Below are positions 26,416 through 39,882 of a DNA stretch of 64,000 nucleotides, in pieces (position 1 is the first letter of the stretch; every line of letters starts with the position of its first letter). The notes beneath the pieces are model-generated. The model was not told where the DNA came from, did not search any database, and worked only from the letters and a program-made list of their open reading frames with translations. The stretch spans positions 3,978,224 to 4,042,223 of the forward strand of contig JARFYF010000029.1 in the NCBI GenBank assembly GCA_030265395.1, in the 5' to 3' direction. This stretch comes from Rhina ancylostomus (taxonomy: Eukaryota). The position numbers were made by a program, and so were the translations under genes.

Positions 26416-26571
26416 ACCCAACAGTAGTAATAAAGATGCCTGGCCATCATTACTGAGCACAGCTAAAGCAGCCAACGGTCTAACACTCAAGCACAGGAAA
26501 ACACCTCCTTTACTTGATAATGGTTCAGATCCCGAGCACATGACCCCAGATGGTCCTGACACAGAACTCAG
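26416..26571 (+). CDS. CNOT4: CNOT4 extra in-frame exon (7b)
   Basis: tctttccccttacag|A acceptor; open frame (R)PNSSNKDAWPSLLSTAKAANGLTLKHRKTPPLLDNGSDPEHMTPDGPDTEL(R); AG|gtcagt donor; 156 nt, phase 2-2, fits between exons 7 and 8. Confidence 0.88.
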
Positions 26572-29039
26572 GTCAGTGATTGGCTTTATTTCTCTCTTGG
26601 ACTGAAATAACCCCAACTGAACAGAAGGAGGCAATTTTTGTTTGCTTGCTCCTGTTCCCAGAGTTCTTGTGCACGATCAGTTCTTTCAGCACTTGATGGT
26701 CAGTATCAGTGCAAACTATCCCTTTTGACCTCATCACTCAACACTTCCAATAAGAGCTGAAAACTTTTATATCAGAGGTATGCATTTTGTTATCAAAAGC
26801 ACGATGCTAAACAGTTGTGGAAGATTAATGTAATCATCACTTTTGATAATGGCTGAAAGCTGACTTGCAGCATTCAAATCTGATTTGATTTCATGTTCCT
26901 GAGATGGCATTAATCAAAGAAGACAAATGTATCCCATTTCCTTCAAGACTACTACACCCTACAAGTTCTGGAGCAAGCCAGTCTGTCATCTTGAACTCCG
27001 AAAATATACGGTCAGATTAAAAATACTACTTTTCTCCGACAAGAATTCTCTGCCAAACCTTGATTCTCTTGATGGCTCAGTTGGTTATGCCAGAAAGATA
27101 CACTAATTGGAATGTTCTTGGGTTTCATCCTTGGCTGATATCGCAACAAATGTGAACAGCTCTCAATTCTCCAAATTCTTGGAGCCAGGGTGTCAGACCT
27201 ACTGTGAAGTTCATATGTGGATATGGACCAAGAATAGGAATTGGGATGTGGTCATTGTGGCACTACATAACACAGCCTCCAAGAGCTCATATTTCCCACT
27301 TGAAAAGCAGCCATCTAATTGAGGTGCCGAAGAGCTGTCAGTGTTCTTGGATCAGTACCTCACAAGGGCTCAAAAAGGCAGAAGGATCTCTTGAAGCAAT
27401 TTTCTGTCTTCCTTTGAGCCCACATGTCTTTCTGGCACACATCTCCTCCCTCTGCCACTTGCAGTCATCCTAGTGTGTCAGTTTTTCCCCCAGAGCTTCA
27501 AAAATGATATTGTATTTTTTGCTTTGAGAGTGCAAAGCCTGTTTATCTTGCATCTGTCAGTCATTGCTCCTTTTCAGATTTGCTGTCTTCTGCAAAAAGA
27601 ACTTCCAATACTTCACGGTTGGGCAGTCACTGAAGCAATATGAACTTCATGCTTCACCTTAATTTTTTTTTTGCTGCTTTCATGGGGCCAAAGCCTCATT
27701 GGTGTTCAATTTCTTGTAGGTAGCCCTCCAGCACTTCCTGGGTGACCATCTTTTCATATACGGGTCCACAAAGAAAGTATTAGTGGACATTATGCCCTTG
27801 CAACCCAACTATAAGCATGCAGACTTGCTTTGCATTACATCACATCATGTCACTGTGCACAACTGTCTGGAGTGAGGGCTGCAGCCTGTGATCACTGACC
27901 ATTGCAGTGTTGCGTTTTGACACGGGCTAAGATTGTTTGATTCTAGCCCATTAGAACTTAGCTTTGTCTGACTCAACTCACGCAGCTGCTGAAGTTTTTG
28001 GTTAAAGATTAGCCTCCACACTGCTGTGACTAACAATTTTACTGATATTTTGCAATGGCACTGTTTATAATCATTGTTAAAATAATTTACCCTCAGGATC
28101 TCAATCACGATCTATGAATTGGTCCTCTAATTGAATTAAGCTGCTTTGGCATCAGTGCAATACGGTGTCTGGCTCCAACTCTACCTGAGCTACATTTAAG
28201 TAATATTTTGGGTTCCTTTCAGAGGTTAATGTTGCACTACACTTTATGTTGTCGGTATAAGTTTGTGAATGTCTCCATTTGCAAATGTCTGAAGAATAAA
28301 TACTGCCTAACTAAATATTCTCTGTAATTAAGTCTCAGATTCCAGTTTCTTTAGATATCTTTGAGTTGAAGATGAATGAGTTTTGTGAAAAGGAGCAAAA
28401 CTTGCACCATTCAGTGGATAAATTCTGCAATAGAAAACTTGAATTAAAATGGTCAGTCTCCATCCATAGAAGTCTTGCTGCCGAGTGTGATCAGTGACAC
28501 ACTGCAACTGTCTGTCCTAAAAGTGTGGAGTAACAGCGCAAGTCTTTAAGCCATTGAGGCAAAATTAAAATAGCTAGCTTTTAACAAATTGGAATACCCA
28601 AAGTGCTGCTGAACTTTTAAACTGTCCTCTTCCCACCAATTGTGAGCTTTTGCATTTTCCATGCCAAATTGCAGAGCAGTCNNNNNNNNNNNNNNNNNNN
28701 NNNNNNNNNNNNNNNNNNNNNNNNNNNNNNNNNNNNNNNNNNNNNNNNNNNNNNNNNNNNNNNNNNNNNNNNNNNNNNNNNAGTCAGATGCACTGTTGTT
28801 AGTTTTGTAGCTGCTTTTAACTTGCACAAAGAGCATAAGCATCATGGCACATCCTTGCTAATTTTCTATTTTACCTCTTTGATTTTGCTTTCTTAAATGT
28901 TAGTGGGATCCACTGTGAGCATTGTCCCCTCACTTGGCTGCTTGTTTCTTTTAAATAAGCTGGAGAAACTCAGCAGATTTGCGCACCAAGGAAAACTGAA
29001 ATCAGATTATCAATTTGTCACAATTTGTTTGTTTTGCAG

Positions 29040-29097
29040 ACAGGTGGATAAACCACCAGAAACACTCAGTCTAGGAAATGGTGATAATTTACAACAG
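29040..29097 (+). CDS. CNOT4: CNOT4 exon 8
   Basis: gttttgcag|A acceptor; (R)QVDKPPETLSLGNGDNLQQ; CAG|gtgagc donor; 58 nt, phase 2-0. Confidence 0.93.
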
Positions 29098-32000
29098 GTG
29101 AGCTGCATTTGGGTTTTTGCATCAAATATTCCTTGTACCTTTTTAAACGAGTAATGTTTTATTATCATTTGTTGTTGTTTAACCCACTTGAGTGCCCATC
29201 CCTTGAATGATTTAATATAACCTAAGCATTGGAATATTATTTTGCTTGTCTAGATGATGCCTTCAAACAAAGCAAGTTAATCTTCTCCATGCTCCCAGAC
29301 AGAAAAAAGCAAAGACAAATTTAGAAACTTTTTTAGATCTTGCCTAATAAGAATTGATCTTGAACCACATGAGGATATCTGTATTGGATCAGTTGCAAGT
29401 ATCTGGTGTTCATAAGTTGTCTTTCCAGTTTCTCTGTGGAGAAGATAATTTAATTCCTTGCCTCAATGGTCAAAAACGATTTCTAACCTGCAACTTGTTA
29501 AGCTGACAGTGATAGAACTTCCGGCAATTAGATTATCAGCCTCAGAGGTAATGTGTTAAAGTTGGAAATCAAAGGCACAATTACAAAAACAATTTCTATT
29601 TACTTTCTATAATTAGTGGAGAATTGGGCAAAAAGGTTACCCTTAGCAGTAAAAACAAATGAACATTTGTTTTAAACTAACAGATGTGAATAGTATTGAA
29701 ATTTTAAGTATGTATAACCATAAGACAGTAATGGAAGTTACAAAAATAATCTTTCTTCTTTACAGTGCAACAGTTAATAAATTAGGATCATTGTTCCACA
29801 ATAAAACATTAGGTTCTTGAGATGCATAGAAAATAGCAAACGTGAAGAGTTTGAGATATCAAATAAGTGAACCTCAAGTGATAGTCTAGAGGGAATCTGC
29901 AGGCTCTCAATTCTGCCAACTTATGGTGAGGCTAATTCACAGTCAGCAGCATGAGTGACCAGAGCTAATTCAAAAGGAGAGCAAAAAAGTCTGAATTAAT
30001 CAGTGGTAAATTTGGAAGTATCTTTTTTTGTCAAAAGGTCTTGATTCAAAGCATGCTACTTGTACTGGAGTACAGAACTGGCTTTGGATGCAGAAATTAA
30101 GGTAGAAGGATAGGAGAATTACTGCCCTTTGTCTTTTTTTGAAAGAAAATTTGTCCTATAAATTGTGCATTGACTTTGTATTTTAGGTATCTTTCATAGG
30201 TTGCAGCATAATAGTATTTTCCCCATTGTTGGACTGTGGACAACAGTAACAAGGTTGGCATTTAAGATCTAGTCATAGTTGTTGATAAGATGTTGGTGTT
30301 CACAATGCTGCTATTTTGCCAAACTTCAACACAAGTTTTGAAGGTGACCTCAAAATGCTGCCATGTAGTGTTGCAGAATTTTGACCTGGATGTAATGAAG
30401 GGATGATGTCCATGTAGTGTGTGCCTTGAAGCTGTTTGTTCCAAAACTTCTGGCTCTTGCATATAATGGTCCTGGTGTGGATTTTGTCCTTTTTAGATGG
30501 TAAAAATGGTTGGTTTGGAATTAGTTAGAAGTGTGTACAATTCTGTCCCATCAGTCATTGAGGGTAACCAATGTTCAAATGTACAGTGTCAGTGATATTT
30601 GAGTTCTGAGTCCTGAATAGATGAAAAATATTATCCAAGGCAGCAATGTTACTAGCACAGAGATGGTCCTCTGTGATGGGATGAAAGCTACCAGAGATTT
30701 GCAGTAATTGGAGTCCAAGGAAAAAAGTGATTGACACAAAAATGAATTGAATTGGGGGAGAAGTTTATGAAGAAGTTTGAAAACAGTGTTTGATATAATT
30801 TGATTATGGGAAGCAAAGTGGAATAGATGAAGGGGAGAGCTGTTGGGCATGTTTTAAAATGATTCTGATTGCAAATTACTGGATGAGCTAGCATTTAGGA
30901 TTGGCAAGACAGTGACAGCACTATTGCCCCCTCTGAATTTACAAAATAAACTAGTGTTATTGCAAGTGCTCAAGTCATCTAGGTGGGGTTACAGTAAAAA
31001 AAACTAAATTTAGTTTTTCAAAATTTAAATGACGGCCTTTCTGCACCAATAGTTGGAATGATTATTTTGGTGAAATCTCTGAAACTGAGAACCACCACAA
31101 TGAATTTTGCCCACGTTGACCTCTCTAGTCAAGCAAGGAAATGGTCCTGATTTTAAAAAGTGATGCATCGAAAACTGCCAGTTGCTCAATGTGACATGGA
31201 AGAAGGATGGGATTTTGTCCCTCCAAAGCCACATTGTTGCCTCAGCAATAGAGGTTTGCTGTATGTGAACACTCATCAGGATGCACTTCATGCATTTGTT
31301 GGCTGTTCGACTTTGATCTGAATACGTGTTTTTGGATATTTTACCTGAAAACAGGTATAAAGTGGGCAACAAAGCAGCCTTAAAATGTAAGAAATTGGAT
31401 GATAAATGCTGGAACATGCAACTTTGCATTGGGAATTATTTTTGAGGTAGAGGTCAAGGCTATAATGGGATGTAACATACTCTTGCCCATTTATTAAGAT
31501 CTTTTTATTTAAATAGCTTGAAAGTATAATGTATGTGGATTCATGAGTTATTTAAGTTTGAAGGTAACAGGTTAAGCGGTCCAAGTCACATGAATTGGCC
31601 TGAAAAGTCAACATAGAATAAATAGTGCAAATGCAATCTGGCACATTATCTTAATGGTGCAAGACAGCTGTAGTGGATTTCAAGATTTGGGGTGTTAACA
31701 GACATAGTAAAAGCTACAGCTCAGCTGAAATATTGGTCATTTGAAGAAAACGAAGGCATCAAGTTGTGCTGGATATGCAGCCTCAGTTGTAACCAATCTG
31801 TGTTTCATTTTGGACCCTGCAGATCATTAATAATATGTTGGTCTTGGCAGATTTATCAGAATTATACCAGTGCTTGTGGTTAAATTATTAGTTGTATAAA
31901 ATTGTAATTCCCTTGCATTTTAGTAGTATTTGGGGTGATGAAGCATAAAAATATTCAGAAGCAAAGATTTTTCAAAAATCCTCATTGAGGAATCCAGAGC

Positions 32001-32376
32001 AAGTGAGCACAATCAAAATTAAAACTTGGCCATTTAAGAATAAAGTGGATGGATTTTCAGTAGCAGAGATTGCAACCTGATCTCACATCTCACTTGAAAT
32101 TAAGAATTGTATGGTTAGTTTATTCAGTTAGAATGGTGGAGTAGATTGACCAACTTGTGTTCTTTAAGAAAATAAGGTTATTGACCTTCTAAGACATCCC
32201 AATATATTTATTTATATTTCAACTTGAGCTCATCGTATGGTGTAAATGGTTCAGTGTTGGGTCCATCTGAACTGTATTTCTCACTTGGTGTGCCAGTGAT
32301 GATGGAAACATTTTAGTCAGTGGATTGTGACTCGTCTGTAAAGTAAATACTAATATACCACTGTGTCTGTTCACAG

Positions 32377-32629
32377 ATTCCTCCAAGTGAAACTCCGTCA
32401 CCACCGCCAGGTTTAACAAAACCCAACCCAGTTGTCCCAATTAGTTCATCCAATCACAACGCACGGTCTCCTTTTGAGGGTGCTGCAGCAGAATCCCAGT
32501 CCCTGTTCTCAGACAACAGCAACTTCAGACACCCCAATCCTCTCCCAAACAGCCTGTTGTATCCCACTTCATCACCATCAACACACGACTGGCCAACAGC
32601 ACCAGAACCACAGAGTCTCTTCACATCAG
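32377..32629 (+). CDS. CNOT4: CNOT4 exon 9: low-complexity region with PPPGL motif
   Basis: ttcacag|ATT acceptor; IPPSETPSPPPGLTKPNPVVPISSSNHNARSPFEGAAAESQSLFSDNSNFRHPNPLPNSLLYPTSSPSTHDWPTAPEPQSLFTS; G|gtatgt donor; 253 nt. Confidence 0.96.
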
Positions 32630-33667
32630 GTATGTTCCTTTGGCAGTACATATTTGAATGTGGAGGGGGGGAGGTGGGGAGGGTTATGCTTGTATGTTAT
32701 TACTTGGGACAGTTTTTTCATTGTGTTTGTCAAATGCACAAAATCCATGTATTGGGGGAAAAAACCGAAGCAGTGTAAAAGTATGCGCGTGACTTTGAAC
32801 TACATAATGGATGGTTAGATTGAAGGTGGGATAACTGAACTTGTGATACTGTGGTTAATGCGTGGAAGTTACCTGTTGCGTTCTTTCACCCAGTAATGCA
32901 CTGTTAATTTTATTTCCAATTATTATCTGTTAACTGCTGTGATTAAAAGAAAGATCAGCAAATACATACAATACAAACTTTATTTATGCTGCACTTATTT
33001 TGCAGATGTACTTTATAAAATGAGGTCCAATCCAAGTTTACACCCATGCAGAGTTGCAGGTGAGCCAGTCGTATCTTAAAAAGGGCTTACTCTGCTAGCA
33101 CAGCTGACTTGTTACTGCGTTGATGCAGAATTAGGATGAGATCGCCTTGAGTTGCTGGCAACTAGAGTCAACATTGTAAAATTACTGCTAATACAAATTG
33201 TGCAACCAGTTCAAGAAATTCAGTGCTTGCATAGGAGATAACATGATAAACTGGATGCTCTGCTTGCAGTATATTAATCCTAAAGGCATGTTTTTCCCCA
33301 TATCAGATTTCTACCAAAGCTGATGTCATTCATTTGACAATAGGTCATCGACCTGAAATAGTAACACTCTTTTTCTCTCCACAGACGCAGTCTGACAAGC
33401 TGAGTAATTCCAGCATTATCTATTTTTGTTGCTGACATTGTTTTGTGTTATTAAGACTGCAGGAGTTTTCAAAAGTGTAACTTTAAACATTGAGACCCCT
33501 TTTCTGAATGCATTATTGTGGCTTCATGGGTGTGACATGGTTGTTGTTGTAGGAGGGATTTGTAGTTTCAATCCATATTCCATTAATTTGTATACATCTC
33601 AATCTTGTCAAACCTGAAGTTTGTATTCTGAATCTGGTTTCTCCCACCACTGAGAAACTCTACTAAA

Positions 33668-33784
33668 TTTTAGATTTTTAAAATTTTATTTACAGCGTGG
33701 TAACAGGCCCTTCCGGCCCAACGAGTCCACGCCGCCCATTTTAAACCCCAAATTAACCTACCCATACGTCTTTAGAATGTGGGA
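33668..33784 (-). mobile_element. Young 5'-truncated SINE/LINE tail
   Basis: CpG-retaining acagcgtggtaacaggcccttccggcccaacgagtccacgccgccc...cgtctttagaatgtggga with an AT-rich tail. Confidence 0.65.
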
Positions 33785-36049
33785 CTATCTTAAGCTTTCG
33801 CAAGGCTATCATAAATACAACATTAAAATGCAGTCCAGAAGCATTGTCTTTGGGGCGCAGTATGAATGTCCATTGGAAAGATTGTACCCAGCTACTTGTA
33901 GTTCAGTTTGATGACTGAGTTAAATTGGCACTATAATACCAAATATTAATCGTTTATGCAGAGGATTGCAAATTTGCTATGCTTTGGGAGAAGAGCAGTA
34001 GTTAAGGGAGGGTCGGCTTGCACACGTCTGAAATACACTACCTTCAAGTTCCAGGTAAAATTGAACCTGTGGTGAATGATCCCTCTTTTAGAGATGTTGT
34101 AGGCCCATGGCTTGAGGTAAAATGTGGTATGACGAGTTGCATTTGTTCCAAAATGATTGGTTGCAATGACAGACTGGGTGTACGGAGCTTGGGATAAGGA
34201 ATTAACCCAGGATTCAGTATCTATGATCAAAAGGAAAAAAATTATCGTAGAAGCAGGTGATTGACCAGAACAGTTTAATTTGGTTGTTATGCTCTGGGTG
34301 AACTTGATCCCACTTCTCGTTTCGTCTCTCGATTCTGCTCTCCATCTCCTGGAGTTTTCATTGTGTACCTAGACTATTTGCTTCAGCCGCTCAATGTAAT
34401 GATCTGTTTCCTATTCTTGCCACTCTCCATGTAAGGAACTTGGCTGTGATTTCCTCAGTGGCTTTAATAATGGCTATCCTTTGATTATGTGCTCTGCTAC
34501 CTGGTATTTAAAAAAATATATATATTTTCAGGCATGTAACAGATTATCTCTTATCCTTGAGCTTAAGCTTATTCAGTGCTTTTACTTATGCTCATAACTG
34601 CTCATTTCTCTTATTCTTCAATTACTCTTGCTCTGTTTGTAACCATAGTCTCCATTGNNNNNNNNNNNNNNNNNNNNNNNNNNNNNNNNNNNNNNNNNNN
34701 NNNNNNNNNNNNNNNNNNNNNNNNNNNNNNNNNNNNNNNNNNNNNNNNNNNNNNNNNNNNNNNNNNNNNNNNNNNNNNNNNNNNNNNNNNNNNNNNNNNN
34801 NNNNNNNNNNNNNNNNNNNNNNNNNNNNNNNNNNNNNNNNNNNNNNNNNNNNNNNNNNNNNNNNNNNAGCTCATGGCTGTTTTTCTTTTGCTCAACTTTC
34901 CCCAATTTTGTTTCCAAGAATATAACTCTAGGATGGGCATAGTGAAAACCTGAGTATTTGCAGGTCTGAGGTAGAGAATTTACAAAGACAAGCCTCTGAA
35001 TGAAGGTTTTTATCACTCGTGTCTGATGCCAGAATCCTGTGTTGACCCCTCTCCTCCCACACTGGAGAAAACATCATCCCAGTACTTTGAATGAGATCCA
35101 CTCATTGGTCTGAACTTTGAGTAAAGACCTAAAGGAAATCAATCCAATGGAAGCTTTGTTATCTCTGTAAAGCTGATATATGAACAGATTTTCTTGATGT
35201 GATCTTACCAAGGTCCAGTGTTGTGGCAATAACTGCCAAAATCTTTGCAATAAAAGCTAGTTTATTTCCTAATTTTCTTAATTGCTTCCTATACCAGAGT
35301 ATGAATTTTGTATTTGAGCATGAGCACAAGTATACCCACATTCCTCTACCACTGTTCCCAACTTAATTTAAACATTCTTCCTACCAAATTGATGATTTTT
35401 TTCCACGGACTGCATTTTCATCCACTCATTTCTTAATTTGCAACTTGTGCACTTTCCACAGAACCTAATTTAATAATTATTTCAGGTAAACTTTGTTGTT
35501 TTAAGTTTACTCTGCAAGTCGATGCAATAAATGATTGAAGCCCAAGTGTTGATCCCTACAGTAACCCATTTGTTGCAAGCATTCGGTGCACACATGACCT
35601 CTTTTGTCCTTGAACACTGTGAATCCTAATTCTGTAGCACTTTTTAATCTGCCTCTTAAAAAAAATCCAAATAACTACATTCACTGATTTTCCCCCTTAA
35701 CTAATCTGACCGTTGCATTGCCAAAACACTATTTTGCTTTCACATCCATTTTTAAATGGTTCAATAATTTTTTTGTCGTTGCCACTTTCCAGTTAATAAC
35801 CACTACTATTTTTTTCAAGCTGGTCAAGATAACTGGCCTAGAGTTCCCAGCTTTCCTTCTCCAGTTGCAGTTGGGTTTTTCCTTCTAATTTGCAGGGGCC
35901 ATATGATATTGTAAGGAATTGTGGAAGGTCAAAAGCAATGCATCCACTTTATCTCCAGCCTCTTGTTCAAACCCTAGGATGTAGTCCATCAAGACCGGAG
36001 GATATGTGGGCTTTCTGCTGACTAATTTTTCAGGTCAATTCTTTTCACT

Positions 36050-36285
36050 AGCCACGGGTTTTCTAAAATTTCAGGGACGCTTCCTCATATTTAAAGTGCA
36101 GATTGGTAGGTTAATTGGCCCCTGTAAATTACCCTGGTGTGCAGGTGAGTGGTAGAATCTGGGGGGAGTTAATGAAAATGTAAAGGAAAAATAAGGATGG
36201 GATTAGTGTAAATGATTGCTTAATGGTTAGTAAAAAAAAACTTGGTGAGCCAAGGAGCCTGGTTCTGTGCTCTACCACTCAATGC
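36050..36285 (+). mobile_element. V-SINE/HE1-like SINE
   Basis: ggttaattggcccctgtaaattaccctggtgtgcaggtgagtggtagaatctgggggga; similar to the 20590 and 48540 copies. Confidence 0.7.
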
Positions 36286-36939
36286 ACCGTAACAATCACA
36301 TTCTGATCAGTCATCCAGATGTTTAATTAGCAAGTTAGTAACAGGCTCTCTCAAATCTAGTACATAGTAGATTTAAGAGAGCCTGTTCCCTTGACATTCT
36401 GAGAAAGAAAACTACTGTGAATGTATTTTAGTGACTCATCTCCCATGCAGTTACTGGAAATCTGATTGGATCAGTTTATAAAACCACCCTCCTTGGCTGA
36501 GTATAGAAAATCTCCCTGACAATTCTCCACATCTCACGCAAGTTTAAAAGCCACTTGTGTTCCTGACTGGCTCTGCATGTTTTATCTGTTTTATTTGTGA
36601 AGATCCTTGGGATTATTGTCCACTTTGGCAGGAAAAATAAAATGGAAGTATATTACGTGAGCGATCAGTGAGCTGCATAGGGATCTGGGTGAGTTGGTAC
36701 ATGTACGTAGATACAGCAAGTAATTACAAAAAGTAACAACGTCATTTATTGTTAGGAGATTTGAATCGGTCTAAAGTGGAGAATTGTTCTGATAGCATTG
36801 AATAATTCCACACTACTTGTGGATGAGGAAAAAAAATCACTCAACTGGCAGCATTAAAAGAAATGTAGTCATTCCTCTACATTGCTGTATGTAGAACATA
36901 GACTACTGCATTTTGCAGTTTGTTTTCTTTTTACAACAT

Positions 36940-37230
36940 TGGAGGCCATTGCTCAGGGCATCACCATCAGGCCCATTCACCTGCTAATTTCCCTGTAACC
37001 TGTTCTCTCCCACATATCCATCAACTCCCCTTGGTACTCCTGCCACCCACCTGTACCAGGGGACTTTGCAGTTGCCAATTAACCCTCCTTTAGGATGTGG
37101 AAAGAAACCAGAGCATCCAGAGGAAACCCAATTTGAAAACATGGACACTCACACAACAGCACGAGGTTAAGATCAAATCCAGGTCCCTGAAGCTATCAGG
37201 CAGGGCATTAACTGCTGTGCCGCTTGACCA
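36940..37230 (-). mobile_element. V-SINE/HE1-like SINE
   Basis: ggatgtggaaagaaaccagagcatccagaggaaaccca (antisense V-domain), with a tRNA-like head at the right end. Confidence 0.75.
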
Positions 37231-38792
37231 CAATATTAAGCTGATCACTTCAGAAGTTATACACTTTAGACTCAAAACTGTTGAAGGGACTTGAAAGGTG
37301 CTTAAATGCTTTTGTATTCTTTCGAACTATTCAGCCCTCTCGTGCTCTGCCTTGATTTCCACCCTTTACCCCTTCTTTCTCTCGCCCCTCTTTTTCTCTC
37401 CTCTTTCGGNNNNNNNNNNNNNNNNNNNNNNNNNNNNNNNNNNNNNNNNNNNNNNNNNNNNNNNNNNNNNNNNNNNNNNNNNNNNNNNNNNNNNNNNNNN
37501 NNNNNNNNNTTGGGCCCCCCCCCCCCCCCCCCCATCGCTACACTCCAAGCTGCTGTGATAGCTGCTGAAACCCATAATATCACAATGTGAATCTCCTTCC
37601 AGAGTAGCTGTGGAGAGAAAGTTTTGTGACCTTTTGGATATTCTATTGTGTGAACAAGATAGTTTTTAGGTATACCATCTGCTGTCAAAAAACAGTTGAA
37701 ACCATTTTAAGTTTACTTGGTAACCTCAGTGCATTTTCAACCACTCTACATTAAGAGTAATGCATAAAGTAACAAAGAAATAGGCAGCTCTCACTTGATA
37801 AAGAATCCAAGATTAAATGGCTTGCCTTGTGCACAGTCTCCCACTCCTCTGTGGCTGAACTGAGGTTTCAAATTTATTGACAGTTTTTGGCTGATGGCAC
37901 AACTCATAAATGCCCTTCATTGGCTGCAGACTCGCTCTCAATATTTCAAACAGCTTTTAATGGAACATTACTTCAGGCTGACCTATATCATTTTATATTG
38001 CAACTGATGCCTGGAGCACCCCATGAAGACCATGAAACACTCGACAGCAGGTGCTTCAACTTGGATCCAATTAAATCATTGTCACACATTCATTCATATC
38101 TTTTTAAAGTTAGAATATTTGCCTTGAAAGATACAGAACTCTGTTGGCAAGGCAGTTACCACTCTAGATAATTGTGTATGTGAAATCTGAATCTCATTGT
38201 CCCAAGAGCTAGTGGCTTTCTGACCTGCACTGTATGACTTTGTTGACCATTTTGTAAATGGCTTCCAAAATACGTATGTTTAAAGACCACCAAAAATGTG
38301 TTGTGATTGTGCTCTCAGTTCCCGCGGGGGGGCGGGGGAGNNNNNNNNNNNNNNNNNNNNNNNNNNNNNNNNNNNNNNNNNNNNNNNNNNNNNNNNNNNN
38401 NNNNNNNNNNNNNNNNNNNNNNNNNNNNNNNNNNNNNNNNNNNNNNNNNNNNNNNNNNNNNNNNNNNNNNNNNNNNNNNNNNNNNNNNNNNNNNNNNNNN
38501 NNNNNNNNNNNNNNNNNNNNNNNNNNNNNNNNNNNNNNNNNNNNNNNNNNNNNNNNNNNNNNNNNNNNNNNNNNNNNNNNNNNNNNNNNNNNNNNNNNNN
38601 NNNNNNNNNNNNNNNNNNNNNNNNNNNNNNNNNNNNNNNNNNNNNNNNNNNNNNNNNNNNNNNNNNNNNNNNNNNNNNNNNNNNNNNNNNNNNNNNNNNN
38701 NNNNNNNNNNNNNNNNNNNNNNNNNNNNNNNNNNNNNNNNNNNNNNNNNNNNNNNNNNNNNNNNNNNNNNNNNNNNNNNNNNNNNNNNNNNN

Positions 38793-38940
38793 TGCACCCA
38801 GTCCATAACTCTCCAGACCTCTCCCGTCCATGTATCTATCCAATTTATTCTTAAAACTTAAGAGTGAGCTCGTATTTACTACATCAGATGGCAGCCTGTT
38901 CCACACTCCCACCACTCTCTGAGTGAAGAAGTTCCCCATC
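38793..38940 (-). mobile_element. Young CR1-type LINE 3' fragment next to a gap
   Basis: Minus peptide GNFFTQRVVGVWNRLPSDVVNTSSLLSFKNKLDRYM, a classic CR1 ORF2 C-terminus. Confidence 0.85.
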
Positions 38941-39320
38941 GACTGTGCCCCCACTCATAAAGAAACCACTGCCAACATTGATCTGCTCATCAGGTGGAAG
39001 CAAACGACTGAAAATAATTTTAAATTTCCAACTAAATTCTTAATAGATTTTCCACAACCCTTTTAATTTAACTACTTTCACTCCATATGGAACGAGAGCC
39101 TCCCTATCTGTGTCATGCCACTCTAAAGAAGGAACTGGCATTGAGTACTCTGCAAACCATGTCCTTTCCTGGTTTTAGTTGTCACTTAGATTTCCACTAA
39201 CTTTCAAGATGTCAAGGATTGAGAAATGATGGCACTCATCACTTTGAAAATAAGCACAGTTTATTTAAGTATATTTGTAGAAACATTTACTCATTTGTCA
39301 CTTTCTTTGACAAATTCCAG

Positions 39321-39818
39321 AAACAATCCCAGTATCATCATCAACAGACTGGCAAGCTGCTTTTGGGTTCGGCTCCTCCAAACAACAAGAGGATGACCTG
39401 GGTTTCGACCCGTTCGACATCACCAGGAAAGCCTTAGCAGACCTGATAGAGAAGGAACTCTCAGTCCAGGACCAACCTTCCAACGTGGGCCTCACTTCCC
39501 CCACCGCACTACAGACCCCTTCGCAAACTGCAAACAAAGGCATTGGTGGCTTCTTGACACCAGCTTCTGCCACAACAGCCAACTCCATAGGCAACTCTTT
39601 CCCCAACTCTGTATTACCACGGAGGTTCCCAGCTTTTCAGCACAGAGCTGTCTACAACTCGTTCAGTTTTCCAGGTCAGGCACGGTACCCATGGATGGCA
39701 TACCCTCACAATAGCATGATGCACTTGAACCACACAGCAACGCCCACCTCGAACAGTAATTTCTTGGACTTAAATATACCACCGCACAGCACAGGACTTG
39801 GTGGAATTCCTATATCAG
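39321..39818 (+). CDS. CNOT4: CNOT4 exon 10, containing the CAF40(CNOT9)-binding motif
   Basis: attccag|AA acceptor; (E)TIPVSSSTDWQAAFGFGSSKQQEDDLGFDPFDITRKALADLIEKELSVQDQP...HRAVYNSFSFPGQARYPWMAY...GLGGIPIS; G|gtaggt donor; 498 nt, phase 1-1. The motif DDLGFDPFDITRKALADLIEKE lies at about 39392-39457. Confidence 0.97.
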
Positions 39819-39882
39819 GTAGGTGGCAACTGGTGGATAATTGTAATTGCTTACTAACTTGAAGATTCTTTGTTGTATTCAG

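Noticed and set aside
29037-29043. CAG|ACAG tandem acceptor 4 nt apart (also at exon 11, 62746-62752)
   Set aside because: The first AG restores the conserved frame, and I have no evidence that the frameshifting AG is used.
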